Below the pieces are notes generated by a model. It was not told where the DNA came from, ran no database searches, and worked only from the letters and a program-made list of their open reading frames with translations. Of a stretch of 64,000 bases of DNA, positions 12,401-24,292 are shown in pieces (within the stretch, counting starts at the first letter, position 1; the number at the start of each line of letters is the position of its first letter). The DNA is taken from positions 226,798,001 to 226,862,000 of the forward strand of contig NC_086097.1 of the NCBI RefSeq assembly GCF_963921235.1, given 5' to 3'. Position numbers and translations under genes: made by a program. The stretch comes from Mobula hypostoma (taxonomy: Eukaryota).

Positions 12401-12700
12401 GAAATGTGAAAATGTTTTAAGAGGAACATGAGAGGAAAATTCTTCACTCTTTGTAGTCAGAGTGTGGAATGAGCCGCCAGCACAAGAGGTGGATGCAATT
12501 TTTATTTCAACATTTAAGAGAAGTTTAGATAGGTACATAGATGGGAGGGGTATGGAGGGTTATGGTCTGGGTGCAGCTCGATGGGAATAGGCAGTTTAAA
12601 TGGTTCAGCAGACCAGATGGGCCTGCTTCTGTGCTGTAATTTTATATAACTGTGATGATGGGCTGAATGGCCTAATTCTGTCCCTTTGTTTTATGATCTT
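9500..12700 (+). mobile_element. Two juxtaposed decayed CR1 LINE segments (endonuclease and RT regions, junction near 10870) with a short CR1-tail insert at about 9660-9807
   Basis: APE motifs (LNACSIKNK, VGITELW, VGDFN), EDWRTAKVVLLFKKGSK..PGNYR.VSL, and a CR1 3' end; homologous to the CR1 at 15389-17980. Confidence 0.85.
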
Positions 12701-13474
12701 CATGCGATGCAAATTTCCTCTGTGTGAGTATTACACTGAAAGCAAGTGATCTGAATTTCTTTAAAGTTTTTCTTTCATTTACTTTATGACTTCAGTGCAC
12801 AAAATGTTAAATTTTGTAAAACTCTGCAGACAGTTGGGGCTGGGAAACTAGGCACCTGATTCATAACCTGCAAGTTTGGCTTCAAAAATAAGGCCATACT
12901 ACCTGCATGTGCCAGTCTCATTATATCAGATTTTTTTTTAAATGCAATTCCTTTTTGGAATTTGCAACAGACAGCTATGGATTGCTTACTCTTTTCAGAT
13001 GAACATCAGGGAGTTTGGTGTCTGGCTGTTTCTTGAAGGTCAGTCAAGATCTAGTTATCTGCAACAGAATTGTTGCTGTGTTTCCAAACAATTTTGGTTC
13101 AATTGTTCTCTGTATTAATGATTTGCTATGGAAAACTATTTTGTAAGGTTTTTTTTCTCTCTGTCAATGGTTTCCTTTATTTTGTTTTTGTTGCTGCTAG
13201 TACTTAAATAAATCCATTCAAAGTACAGGAGGCACAGTACAAATACTTGGAAACCAGATCATGAGTGAAAATTTGGCCCAAAACCAACAGTAATTAGAGC
13301 AAACAGTTCCTGCATTTTGCACAGGGAGAGAGTATCAGGAAAACCAGACAGGTTAATGGCTGTTCAAAACCAGGATTAACCTCTGTGTATATGACTGATA
13401 AATAATGAAAAATCCTTTTCAAGGAAAAACTTTGGATTCGACGTCTAAACATCAGTCTGTTATTTCATACTCAC

Positions 13475-13680
13475 TCACTGGAATTCAGAAGAATGAGGGG
13501 TGACCTCATTAAAACCTATCGAATGTTCAAAGGCCCCGACAGTATGGATGTGGAGAGGATGTTTCCTGTAGGCTGGAGATTGGGGCTGAGAGGGGAAAAT
13601 GGATCAGCCGTGATGAAATGGCGGAGCAGAATCGATGGGCAAAATGATGTAATTCTGCCCCTATATCTTATTATATGACA
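13475..13680 (+). mobile_element. CR1 LINE 3' fragment
   Basis: RMRGDLIKTYRMFKG...DVERMFP motif followed by a CR1-type tail. Confidence 0.75.
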
Positions 13681-14526
13681 AGGTCTAACCTGCAGGAGTT
13701 AAATATCCAGTTTCAAAGATGCCAAATTGTGGGATGTATAAGGCTTGAAATGGGAATTCAGGGAGAGTTGAAGAGTTTCAGATTGTATCATGTTTTGTGA
13801 GTCTACCCCTCTCACTATTGAACAACAAAAAAATCTGCAGCTGTGAGAAGGACATAAGCCTTCAATTGCTGAAACTCTGGACTTTTACTCAATTAGCAAT
13901 CTTTCCCAACAACATGCAACTGCATATTTTGCTGGGATAGAGAAGATCTTTATCCTTTGCTGCACCTTCTGTAACAAGCCCTGGAACTATTCAGTATCAT
14001 AGCCACATGCGTCCAAGTGTTCCACTAATTAATTTTTCCACTAATCTGTTTCCACCACAACTTTCCTACTGAAAAAGAAACTGCAGACTTTTGAGAACAT
14101 CTGTCTTGCCAGATTTTGTTTTGTTCCCAGAAAACTGTGATATGCTGTGATTGCCTTACCTAAATCATTATGAAAACATTTGCCAGCCACCTTCCTATTG
14201 CTGCGTGCACTGGAATGTCTGAAATTTCTCCTGATGCAAGGGATTCTTCAGTTGCCGTAAATCCAGAGCAACACACACAAAATTCTGGAGGAACTCAGCA
14301 GAAGTCTGACAGCATCTATGGAAACAAATGAACAGTTGATGTTTTTGGCCAAGATCCTTCATCAGGACTGGGAAAGAAGGGGATAGATGCCAGAATAAGG
14401 TGGAGGGAGGGGAAGGAGGACAATCTATAAGCTGATAGGTAAAACCAATTGGGTAGGGGAGAGGGGATGAAATAAAAAGCTGGGATGGGATGGAAAAGAT
14501 AAAGGGCCGGAGATGAAGGAAATTTA

Positions 14527-15191
14527 CAGAGAGGGTTCCTGCGCCTGGGGACACACTGACCAGCCATTTCCCGATGTCCCAAGGGCGAGGCCTAAAAGGT
14601 GAGCTGCTTTGCAGCCCTGGGGACGAGCAGATTCTACGCCGGTACCACCGGCTGAAGTGTCGCGGGAGAAGACTGAGCATCGGGAACAGTGGGGGCTCTG
14701 TACTCGGATCACCTCTCTCTCTTTCTCTCTCTCGTTGATGGGGAGAGTCTGTTGTCAGAGAATTCAGAAAAGGCGACGCGGCAGATTTTAACACCATAAA
14801 TCAGTGAGTTACTTTGTCTATGTCTCCCCACTCCCTGGGTGACACCTCTCTGTCCCTTTATTAGGGAGTGACGGAGCCTGTGGCATGTCGAATTATCAGG
14901 TGAATGATTAGTTTTTGTTGTACTGCTGATCAGGGTCTTCCTTGGGGGCTCTGCTGTTGCTGGCTTGGTGAGTGGAGGGTGCTGATGCTTTTTGTTGAAG
15001 TGGGGGAGGGGGAGAGTTGATGTTTTGCTGTTGCTTGTGCGTAAGAGGGATAATAGGAGGGGCTTTGGGGTTCTGACATTTTTACTGTCACTCATTCTTA
15101 GGGGCACTCTTCTCTTTTCATAGATGTCTGCAAAGAACAAGAATTTCGGTTTGTATATTGTACACATTCTCTGATTAAATGGACCTATTGA
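14527..15191 (+). mobile_element. Non-autonomous retroposon, same family as 20365-21110
   Basis: Shares the ttttaacacca(t/c)aaatcag...cccttattagggag...gagcctgtgg core and the gaaYaagaatttc...tacatt...ctga..ttaaatg tail with 20365-21110 and 36700-36905. Confidence 0.7.
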
Positions 15192-15388
15192 ATTTGATGG
15201 GAGAAAGAGAAGGAGCAGGGGAACCAGGGAGAAATGATGCGCAGGAGAGGAGAGGTAAGAGGTCAGAGTGGTGAATCGAAGAAAAGCGAAGGGGAAGGGA
15301 AAAAAATTACTGGAATTTGGAGAATGAATGTTCATGCCATCAGGTTGGAGGCTACCAAGACATCGTGTGAGATGTTGTTCCCCCATCA

Positions 15389-17980
15389 TAGAACCATAGA
15401 ACCATAGAAACTACAGCACAGAAACAGGCCCTTTGGCCCTTCTTGGCTGTGCCGAACCATTTTCTAGCCTAGTCCCACTGACCTGCACACGGACCATATC
15501 CCTCCATACACCTCCCATCCATGTATCTGTCCAATTTATTCTTAAATGTTAAAAAAGAACCCGCATTTACCACCTCGTCTGGCAGCTCATTCCATACTCC
15601 CACCACTCTCTGTGTGAAGAAGCCCCCCCTAATGTTCCCTTTAAACTTTTCCTCCCTCACCCTTAACCCATGTCCTCTGTTTTTTTTCTCCCCTTGCCTC
15701 AGTGGAAAAAGCCTGCTTGCATTCACTCTATCTATACCCATCATAATTTTATATACCTCTATCAAATCTCCCCTCATTCTTCTGCGCTCCAGGGAATAAA
15801 GTCCTAACCTATTCAACCTTTCTCTGTAACTGAGTTTCTCAAGTCCCGGCAACATCCTGGTAAACCTTCTCTGCACTCTTTCAACCTCATTTATATCCTT
15901 CCTGTAATTTGGTGACCAAAACTGAACACAATACTCCAGATTCGGCCTCACCAATGCCTTATACAACCTCATCATAACATACCAGTTCTTATACTCAATA
16001 CTTCGATTAATAAAGGCCAATGTAACAAAAGCTCTCTTTACGACCCTATCTACCTATGATGACACTTTTAGGGAATTTTGTATCTGTATTCCCAGATCCC
16101 TCTGTTCCACTGCACTCCTCAGTGCCTTACCATTAACCCTGTATGTTCTACGTTGGTTTGTCCTTCCAACGTGCAATACCTCACACTTGTCAGTATTAAA
16201 CTCCATCTGCCATATTTCAGCCCATTTTTCCAGCTGGTCCAAGTCCCTCTGCAGGCTCTGAAAACCTTCCTCACTGTCTACTACACCTCCAATCTTTGTA
16301 TCATCAGCAAACTTGCTGATCCAATTTACTACATTATCATCCAGATCATTGATATAGATGACAAATAACAATGGACCCAGCACTGATCCCTGTGGCACAC
16401 CACTAGTCACAGGCCTCCACTCAGAGAAGCAATTCTCTACCACCACTCTCTGGCTTCTTCCATCGAGCCAATGTCTAATCCAATTTACCACCTCTCCATG
16501 TATACCTAGCGACTGAATTTTCCTAACTAACCTCCCATGCGGGACCTTGTCAAAGGCCTTACTGAAGTCCATGTAGACAATATCCTTTGCCTTCCCTTCA
16601 TCCACTTTCCTGGTAACCTCCTCGAAAAACTCCAACAGATTGGTCAAACATGACCTACCACGCACAAAGCCATGTTGTCTCTCCCTAATAAGCCCCTGTC
16701 TATCCAAATGCTTGTAGATTCTGTCTCTTAGTACTACCTCCAATAACTTACCTACGACTGACGTTAAACTCACCGGCCTGTAATTTCCTGGATTACTTTT
16801 CGATCCTTTTTTAAACAACGGAACAACATGAGCCACTCTCCAATCCTCTGGCACTTCACCTGTAGACAGCAACATCTTAAATATTTCTGCCAGGGCCCCC
16901 GCAATTTCAACACTAGTCTCCTTCAAGGTCCGAGGGAACACTCTGTCAGGTCCCAGGGATTTATCCACTTTAATTTTCCTCAAGACAGCAAGCACCTCCT
17001 CCTTTTCAATCTGTACAGTTTCCATGGTCTCACTACTTGATTCCCTCAATTCCATAAATTTCATGCCAGCTTCCTTAGTAAATACAGACGCAAAAAACTT
17101 ATTTAAGATCTCCCCCATTTCCTTTGGTTCCGCACAAAGCCGACCACTCTGATCTTCAAGAGGACCAATTTTATCCCTTACAATCCTTTTGCTCTTAATA
17201 TACTTGTAAAAGCTCTTTGGATTATCCTTCACTTTGACTGCCAAGGCAACCTCATGTCTTCTTTTTGTCCTCCTGATTTCTTTCTTAAGTATTTCCTTGC
17301 ACTTCTTATACTCCTCAAGCACCTGATTTACCCCCTGTTTCCTATACATTTCATACAACTCCCTCTTCTTCTTTATCAGAGTTGCAATATCCCTTGAGAA
17401 CCAAGGTTCCTTATTCCTATTCAATTTGCCTTTAATCCTGACAGGAACATACAAACTCTGCACTCTCAAAATTTCCCCTTTGAAGGCTTCCCACCTACCA
17501 ATCACATCTTTGCCAGAGAACAACCTGTCCCAATCCACGCTTTTTAGATCCTTTCTCATTTCTTCAAATTTGGCCTTCTTCCAGTTCAGAACCTCAACCC
17601 TAGGACCAGATCTATCCTTGTCCACGATCAAATTGAAACTAATGGTGTTATGACCACTGGAACCAAAATGCTCCCCTACACAGACTTCTGTCACTTGCTC
17701 TAATTCGTTTCCTAACAGGAGATCCAATATTGCATCCCCTCTAGTTGGTCCCTCTATATACTGTTTTAGAAAACTTTCCTGAACACATTTTACAAACTCT
17801 AAACCATCTGGACCCCTAACAGTATGCGAGTCCCAATCAATGTATGGAAAATTAAAATCCCCTACCACAACTTTATGTTTCCTGCAGTTGCCTGCTATCT
17901 CTCTGCAGATTTGCTCTTCCAAGTCTTGTTGACTATTGGGTGGTCTGTAATACAATCCCACTAATGTGGCCATACCTTTC
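15389..17980 (-). mobile_element. Young 5'-truncated CR1 LINE
   Basis: Near-intact ORF2 and a (TTCTATGG)n-type 3' tail at 15389-15410. Confidence 0.95.
15469..17973 (-). pseudogene. CR1 ORF2 (partial APE endonuclease plus RT) with a single in-frame TAG at 16054-16056
   Basis: ORFs 16054-17973 and 15469-16020 are in the same frame; motifs VGDFN, QHGF..GRSCLTNL, DFSKAFD, GVPQGSVLGP, KFADD, RPNLEYCVQFWSP. Confidence 0.93.
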
Positions 17981-18664
17981 CTGTGGCCTCATCATGGCAG
18001 AAGGAGAGGCCACGGGCCAACATGTCAGGATGGACATGGGGATAGGAATTAAAATGGTTAGCCATTAGGATGTCTCACTTTTTGTGGATGGAGGGGAGAC
18101 GTGCAACAAAGCAGTCACCCAATCTACGTCAGGTTTCACCAGTGTAGAAGAGGTCGCATTGGGAGCACTGGATGTAGTAGACAATCCCAACAGAACCTGG
18201 AATTATCCCAGAATTCAAAGCTGGGGTTACACTGGAATTTATCTCTTCCCACATTCCCATGATGTTATCAATGTATTTGTTATGCAATTAAAACCAGATT
18301 ATTTTTTAACCAAGAGTATGAATGAATGAAAAAAATCTGTTTCCAATATAGTTATATTGAAAGTATTTTACACAATGGTTATATTTGTCTCTTCAAATTA
18401 CTTTTACTGATACGACTTTCATAAACATTACTTAATAGGATTGCTACATCCTAAACCAGATTTTTTTTATTGTTAAGATCTCCAAACTATTTTGCACAGA
18501 ACAGCGATTGAATTTTTGCAGCCAATTTTCTAACAAACATTGTATTTGCCTGGTGTATTAGTATTTATTTCATGGGGAGCTGAACGAAAACAGTACAGTT
18601 GTCACGGACTTTATGAAAAGCAGTCGCAGATGAGAATGTCCCCTCAAAATCATTTAGTCTTCCT

Positions 18665-20150
18665 ATACCAGAAGCCTTGGATGACCACGAGATCCACAAT
18701 CAGCTGGGGGCCAGATCAGCGGCATTCAAGTCCGACACCCAAGTTAAACACAAGAGATCCAAGTAAGATCTCTGGATAGCCATTTGAATTGAATTGACTT
18801 TATTTCTTATATCCTTCATATACATGGGGAGTAAAAATCTTTACATTATGTCTCCATCTAAATGTGCAAAGTGCAATTTATAGTAATTTATAATAAATAG
18901 TATATACAACAGGACAGTCAATATAACATGGAAATACAATTGTATCAGCATGAATTAATCAGTCTGATGGCCTGGCGGAAGAAGCTGTCACATGCGAAGT
19001 GGCAATTCTGGACAAAACGTGTATCGCTGACAGATGATCGACAGCTGTGGCAGGGCTTGAATGCTATCAGCCCCTACAAAGTGAAACCAAGTGACACAGG
19101 TCACAACAAGGCTTCATCCCCAGGTGTGCTCAATGCCTTTTATGCTCGCTTTGACCATCAAAACATGGAGGCATATTCACAAACTGCCACAGCCCCTGAC
19201 GACTGTGATTTCAGTCTCTGAGGCCTATGCGAGAGGACCCTTCAGGAGGGTGAACCCACAGGAGGCACCTGGCCCAGTTGGGGTACCTGGATGTTGTAAC
19301 TGAGGAAACAGGCTCGGTAGGGTCTCAAGGCGAGGACTCTGGACACGCAGCCTTGGTAGTAAAGGATTTTATTTACAGAAGGCAAACGTGGGAAAGTGGC
19401 AACAGAAGCAATACGCACACAACTTACAGTAGTCGGATCAGCAATAAAACACACGCGGACAATTAATAACGAACGTGGGAAAATTGCGTGGAAAGAAAGT
19501 ACATGCACATGCGCACACACACACATACAACCAAGGGAAAAGTCAATACGATACCCGCCACCCCTTGACTCTGTGTAGGTACGGCTCTCTGCTTTTAGGG
19601 ACAATAACCAACGCTCCCAACCTTATTCGCCAATAATTTCTCCAGCGCTGTTCCGCGGTTCTCAGCCTGGAGTGAAGCAGGGTGATCCCTCGGATGACAA
19701 AGAGAGAGAGGGTCCAGCACACATGGCACCCTTTATAGTGCAGGAGGGCTGGAGGGTCCCACCCAGGTAATTCATAGGAAGGCTAATGGCTCAGTGCCAG
19801 CAGAGTTAAGCTGATTATAAAGGCCAATTGCTCAAGGCCAAGTACAAGGATAATTAAAGGGGCCAATGGCTCAGTGTGCATTGATGAGCGAGGAGGGGTC
19901 AAACCTTGATTGGCAGGTGGCGTATCTTTCGACCAGGTAATGGGCAGTGCTGTCACATGACAGTCACGACCCCTCCAATACTCTGGACTAGTACTGAAGA
20001 GCTGTGCTGATCAATTGGCTGGAGCATTCACCGATATCTTTAAACTCTCCTTTTGGCAATCTGAGGTACCCTTCAAACAGACTTCAAATATTCTGGTGCC
20101 TAAGAAGAACATCGTAACCTGTCTCAATAACCATCATCCAATAGCTCTTA
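18665..20150 (+). mobile_element. Decayed Rex1/Babar-type LINE fragment, interrupted by an inverted LINE tail (about 18786-18985) and a solo LTR
   Basis: QKPWM, RQLWQGLNAI, LNAFYARFD, GP.GVPG.VLK.CADQLAG.FTDIF motifs. Confidence 0.75.
19292..19982 (-). mobile_element. Solo LTR (about 691 bp)
   Basis: 5-bp TSD CTGGA at 19287-19291 and 19983-19987; TGTTG terminus (other end decayed); minus-strand TATAAA near 19732-19737 and AATAAA at 19368-19373; CCAAT-containing repeats. Confidence 0.75.
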
Positions 20151-20364
20151 CTAAGTCTCACTAATGTTACAATATCATAATTCCATGTGTTGATCCATGC
20201 CCTGAGCTCATCTGCCTTTCCTACAATACTTCTTGCATGGAAATATACGCAGGTTAGAACATTAAAATATACGCAGGTCACTCTGCTCTGCCATTTTATC
20301 ATGGCTGGTTTATTTTTCCTCTCAATTCCACTCTCCTGCCTTCTCCCTGTAACCTTTGACACCC

Positions 20365-21110
20365 TATTTCTATCTTTGATAGCTCCTTTTTTCTCTTTCA
20401 AGGTTCTTTTGAAGACCCTGACCTGGAGTTACACGCTGACTTTGGCTCTTTGCAAATATGGGACCCACTCTCAGGGCCTCATGACCGGCCTCTTTTTAAT
20501 ATGCCAAGTATGTGGCCTGGAAGACCAGTGCGCCTTCAGGGTGTTGGATTTTCCTGGCCCTGGAGATGGGCTGATTCGAGGCTGGTGCTGCTGCCGGATG
20601 TATCGTGGGAGTACACGGAAGATTGAAAGCAGCGAGCTGGCTCCTGACTGTGTGCCCAGTTCATTGGGCAAAGAGCTCGGAAAAAGTGACACCACAGACT
20701 TTTAACACCACAAATCAGCCAGTTGTTTTGTTACGTCTCCCCTGTCACTGTGAAATGGAACACTTCTTTTTCCCTTATTAGGGAGCGAGCGAGCCTGTGG
20801 TATGTGGAATACTGGGTGAATGAGTAGTCTTTGGGGCATTGCAAGTCTGTGTCTTTATTGATGCTTTGCTGCATATTTCAGTGCACGGTGGGGGGTGCCA
20901 ATGCTTTTTGCTAGTGGGGGAAGGGGGTATTATTGCTTTGCTGCTGCTTATGCGTGGGAGGGAGGGGAGCTGGGGGGACTTTGGGGTTCTAACATCTAAC
21001 TGTCATTCATTCTTTGGGGCACTCCTTTGTTTTTGTGGATGTTTGCGAAGAAAAAGCATCTCAGGATGTATATTGTATACATTTTTCTGACATTAGATGT
21101 ACCTGTTGAA
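20365..21110 (+). mobile_element. Non-autonomous retroposon (family of 14527-15191) nested in CR1 tail sequence
   Basis: Shared core and 3' tail with 14527-15191; flanked by minus-strand CR1 3' end sequence. Confidence 0.7.
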
Positions 21111-21794
21111 TTCTTCCTAATCAAAAACCTATCGACCGCCTCTTTAAATATACCCAATGACTTGTTAACCGTCTGTAGCAGTGAATTCCACACCCTCTGG
21201 CTAATGAAGTCAGGGCCTGAAATGATATGTACTTCCCAGTTGATCTTTGGTTTAATAAGTTTCTGCAAGTAAACTACTTGCAAATTTTCAATTGCTTTTT
21301 GAGCAAAATTCATTTTTCAGCATAACTTTGTGGCTGCATAGTTCACTGAGCCAAAACCTTCTGCATATCTACTAATTAATGTTTGCTGCTTATCAACAAA
21401 TATTAACGTAAATAGTAAAGAAGCTAGCATTTGCACATTGTGTGAGTTGAAGACACATTGCACCAAAGGTGACAGAATCAAATAAAAGATTTACCTGGCT
21501 AGTTTGAAGTGATATGGGCAATGCAGCCCGAGGCAGTTTCTGCAGTTTAAAATGAAAGTATTGTTAATTTCGGACAACATCACAACATTCTGTTCTCCAG
21601 CAGATGATAAGAGGTTGGTGAGCTGATGTCCTTGCGGAAGGGAAACTACTTTGAGGACCAAACACCCACTGTCACATCTAAGGACATCATGGTTTGTGAT
21701 CACTCCTCTGTCACCCTACTGGTGCCTTTGCTGTGCAAACAGACAGCTGAACAAATACTGCTCCTCACGCTGAGAAATTACAATCTCAGGACAG

Positions 21795-22780
21795 ATCTTA
21801 GACCATAAGACATAGGAGCAGAATTAGGCCATTCGGCCCATCGAGTCTGCTCCACCACTCCATCATGGCTGAATCGTTCCGCCTCTCAAGCCCATTTCCC
21901 TGCCTTCTCCCAATAACGTTTGTCACCCCTACCAGTCAAGAACCTCTACTTTAAATATACTCAATTTCTTGGTTTCCACAGCAATCTGTTGTAATATATT
22001 CCACAGATTCATCACCCTCTGGCTAAAGAAATCTCTCCTCATCTTTGTGCCCTTTGATCCTAGAATCCCCCACTAGAGAAATCATCCTTTCCACGTCCAC
22101 TGTAAATAAGCATTTCAATATTCAATAGTTCCCACACCACCGGCTTCAAAAACAGTTTGTGCCTTCAACAGTCAGGCTCCAGGACCAGCGTGGATGGACA
22201 CCTTTATTCAGCACAACACTGAAATGTTCATTGAATACAACCTTTGGACTCACTTTCAAGGACTCTACAACTCATGTTCTCAGTTTTATTTATTTACTTG
22301 TTTATTTATTATTACTTATTTCTTTTTGTATTTGCACAATGTCACTCCATTTCTGTGTAGATTTTCATAGATTCTATTATATTTATTTGTTCTGCTGTGA
22401 ATGCCTGCAAGAAAATGAATCTCAGGATAGTATTTAGTGAAAGATGCATAGTTTGATCTTTAAAATTTGGAATTCCAGCGAGTACAGGCCTAGAGCAATT
22501 ATACGCTCCTCATGCGTTAAACCTTCTTGGGATCATTCTGGTGAACCTCTCCAATGCTAGCGTATCCTTTCTTAGACTCTTGTCTTGCCACTGGACCCAG
22601 ATGGGAATTGGGAGGAGAAAGTGAGGCTGACGCTGCGCAACTCTCCCTCACTTAAATCCAAATCACGCGCTAGTCTCGACACCATCATCATCATAATGGT
22701 GTCGAGGTCTTCATCGACGACGACGATGGATGAACAACATCCTTTCTTAGATAAGGGGCCCAAAACTGTTCATAGTTCTC
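21795..22780 (-). mobile_element. CR1 3' fragment with nested LINE-tail (about 22130-22460) and RTE-tail insertions
   Basis: ccataagacataggagcagaattaggccattcggccc tail; collinear CR1 pieces on either side of the inserts. Confidence 0.7.
22577..22738 (+). mobile_element. 162-bp RTE-type LINE 3' end
   Basis: 13-bp TSD ATCCTTTCTTAGA at 22564-22576 and 22739-22751; 11-bp perfect hairpin at 22675-22706; ends in GAACAAC. Confidence 0.75.
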
Positions 22781-23726
22781 ATCAGAAGAAAGCAGATCAG
22801 AGCATCACTAAAGGTCAAATCATAAAATGTCACTTGTACTACTGACGACAGCTTTTTAATACCCGAACCTGTGAGGGCACTTATCATTAGAGATTTCCAG
22901 ATAATGTGATGTCTTTAAAGACTTTTTTTTGGCTGAAGGAGATATCTATGCTTCTTGACCTTAAGTCTCTGATCCACCCTTCAGGCCAGCCAGCCATTCT
23001 CATAAAGGTCCCTCCAGTTTTGGAATGCTAGCACTGTACAAGTACCTCCACAGCTAACTGCAGGAAGAACCATTAACTGTTAGTTTCAGGCGATCCTTTG
23101 GAGCTGAGAAGGTATTTGAAAAGCCTGTATTTAGTTCTGAAAGTGCTCTGACAGGTCTCCCAACATCTGGAGAAACGTTTCATTATATAATGAGAAAAGC
23201 TAAAGAATTAGCTTGGGGTGCTCTCAGCTCTACTGAAACTGTTCCAAGATGATCATAGCGTGATTCTGTCCACTCCAAGTACAGTTAACCAAATAACATG
23301 CACCTGGCTTCAGGAAATAATCAGGTGCACTAATACAAAGAGCACAAATGTACAATTTTACTGTTTCGTGTCTGATACAATTTCACCCAGAAATTAATGT
23401 CGTTATTATACAGCTTTGTCAAGACCAAATGGGATTGCATGCTGCCTAAAAGAAGTTAATATGCAAAGTTATTTCTAAAACTTCATGCCTTAATACATGG
23501 TTAAAGATATTAGTGTTTCAATTGAATGTATTGTGCTGTGATTTTTAAATTTAAAATCAAGGTCAACAACTTAGTTTTGGGTGAAATTAGATGATGATAA
23601 ATCACCCAGGTCAGTGCTTTTACAAGCGGGACAAACTTCAAAGTATAATGAATAACAAAGAAGATTGCAGCCAACTCCAGGAGAACACAAAATTATTGAT
23701 GAAAAGAGTGAACACTTGCTAAATCA

Positions 23727-24292
23727 CATTCAGTGGCCACTTTATTAGGTACTTGCTATACCTAATGAAGTGGCCACTAAGTGTATGTTTGTCATCTCTT
23801 GCTGCTGTAGCCCATCCACTTCAATGTTTGACATGTTGTGTGTTCAGAAATGCTCTGCTTCACAACACTGTTGTAACGTGTGGTTATTTAAGTTACAGTT
23901 GCCTCCCTGTCAGTTTGAACCAGATTGGCCATTCTCCTCTGACTTCTCTCATTAACGAGGCATTTTCGCCCACAGAATTGCCACTCACTGGATTTTTTTT
24001 TGTTTTATTTGTACCATTCCCTGTAAACTCTAGAGAATGTCGTGCATGAAAATCCCGGGAGGTCAGCATTCTCTGAGATACTCAAACCACGCCACCAGAT
24101 GCTAACTATTATTCCATGGTCAAAGTCACATAGATCACATTTCTTCCCCTTTTTGATGTTTGGTCTGAACAACAACTGAGCCTCTTGACCATGTCTGTGT
24201 GCTTTAATGTATTGAGTTGCTGCCACATGATTGGCTGATTTAGGCTATTTGCATTAACACACAGGTGTAGCTAATAAAGTGGCCGCTAAGTG
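23727..24292 (-). mobile_element. Internally deleted Tc1/mariner DNA transposon
   Basis: TIRs CA(T/C)T(C/T)AG(T/C)GGCCACTTTATTAG at both ends; transposase N-terminal remnant KGKKCDLCDFDHGIIV...GLSISENADLPGFSCTTFSRVYREW. Confidence 0.9.

Larger units (their letters stand above)
14255..18195 (-). mobile_element. Penelope-like fragment split into about 14255-14526, 15192-15385 and 17981-18195 by two nested insertions
   Basis: The three pieces are collinear with the reverse complement of 7617-8325; decayed hammerhead at about 14333-14370. Confidence 0.8.

Noticed and set aside
12985..13044. Plus-strand 40-nt exon-like segment (cttttcag...AAG|gtcagt)
   Set aside because: No recognisable peptide, opposite strand to the other candidates, and expected by chance
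14195..15389. 200-aa and 226-aa minus-strand ORFs
   Set aside because: They run across junctions of unrelated repeats; low-complexity translation
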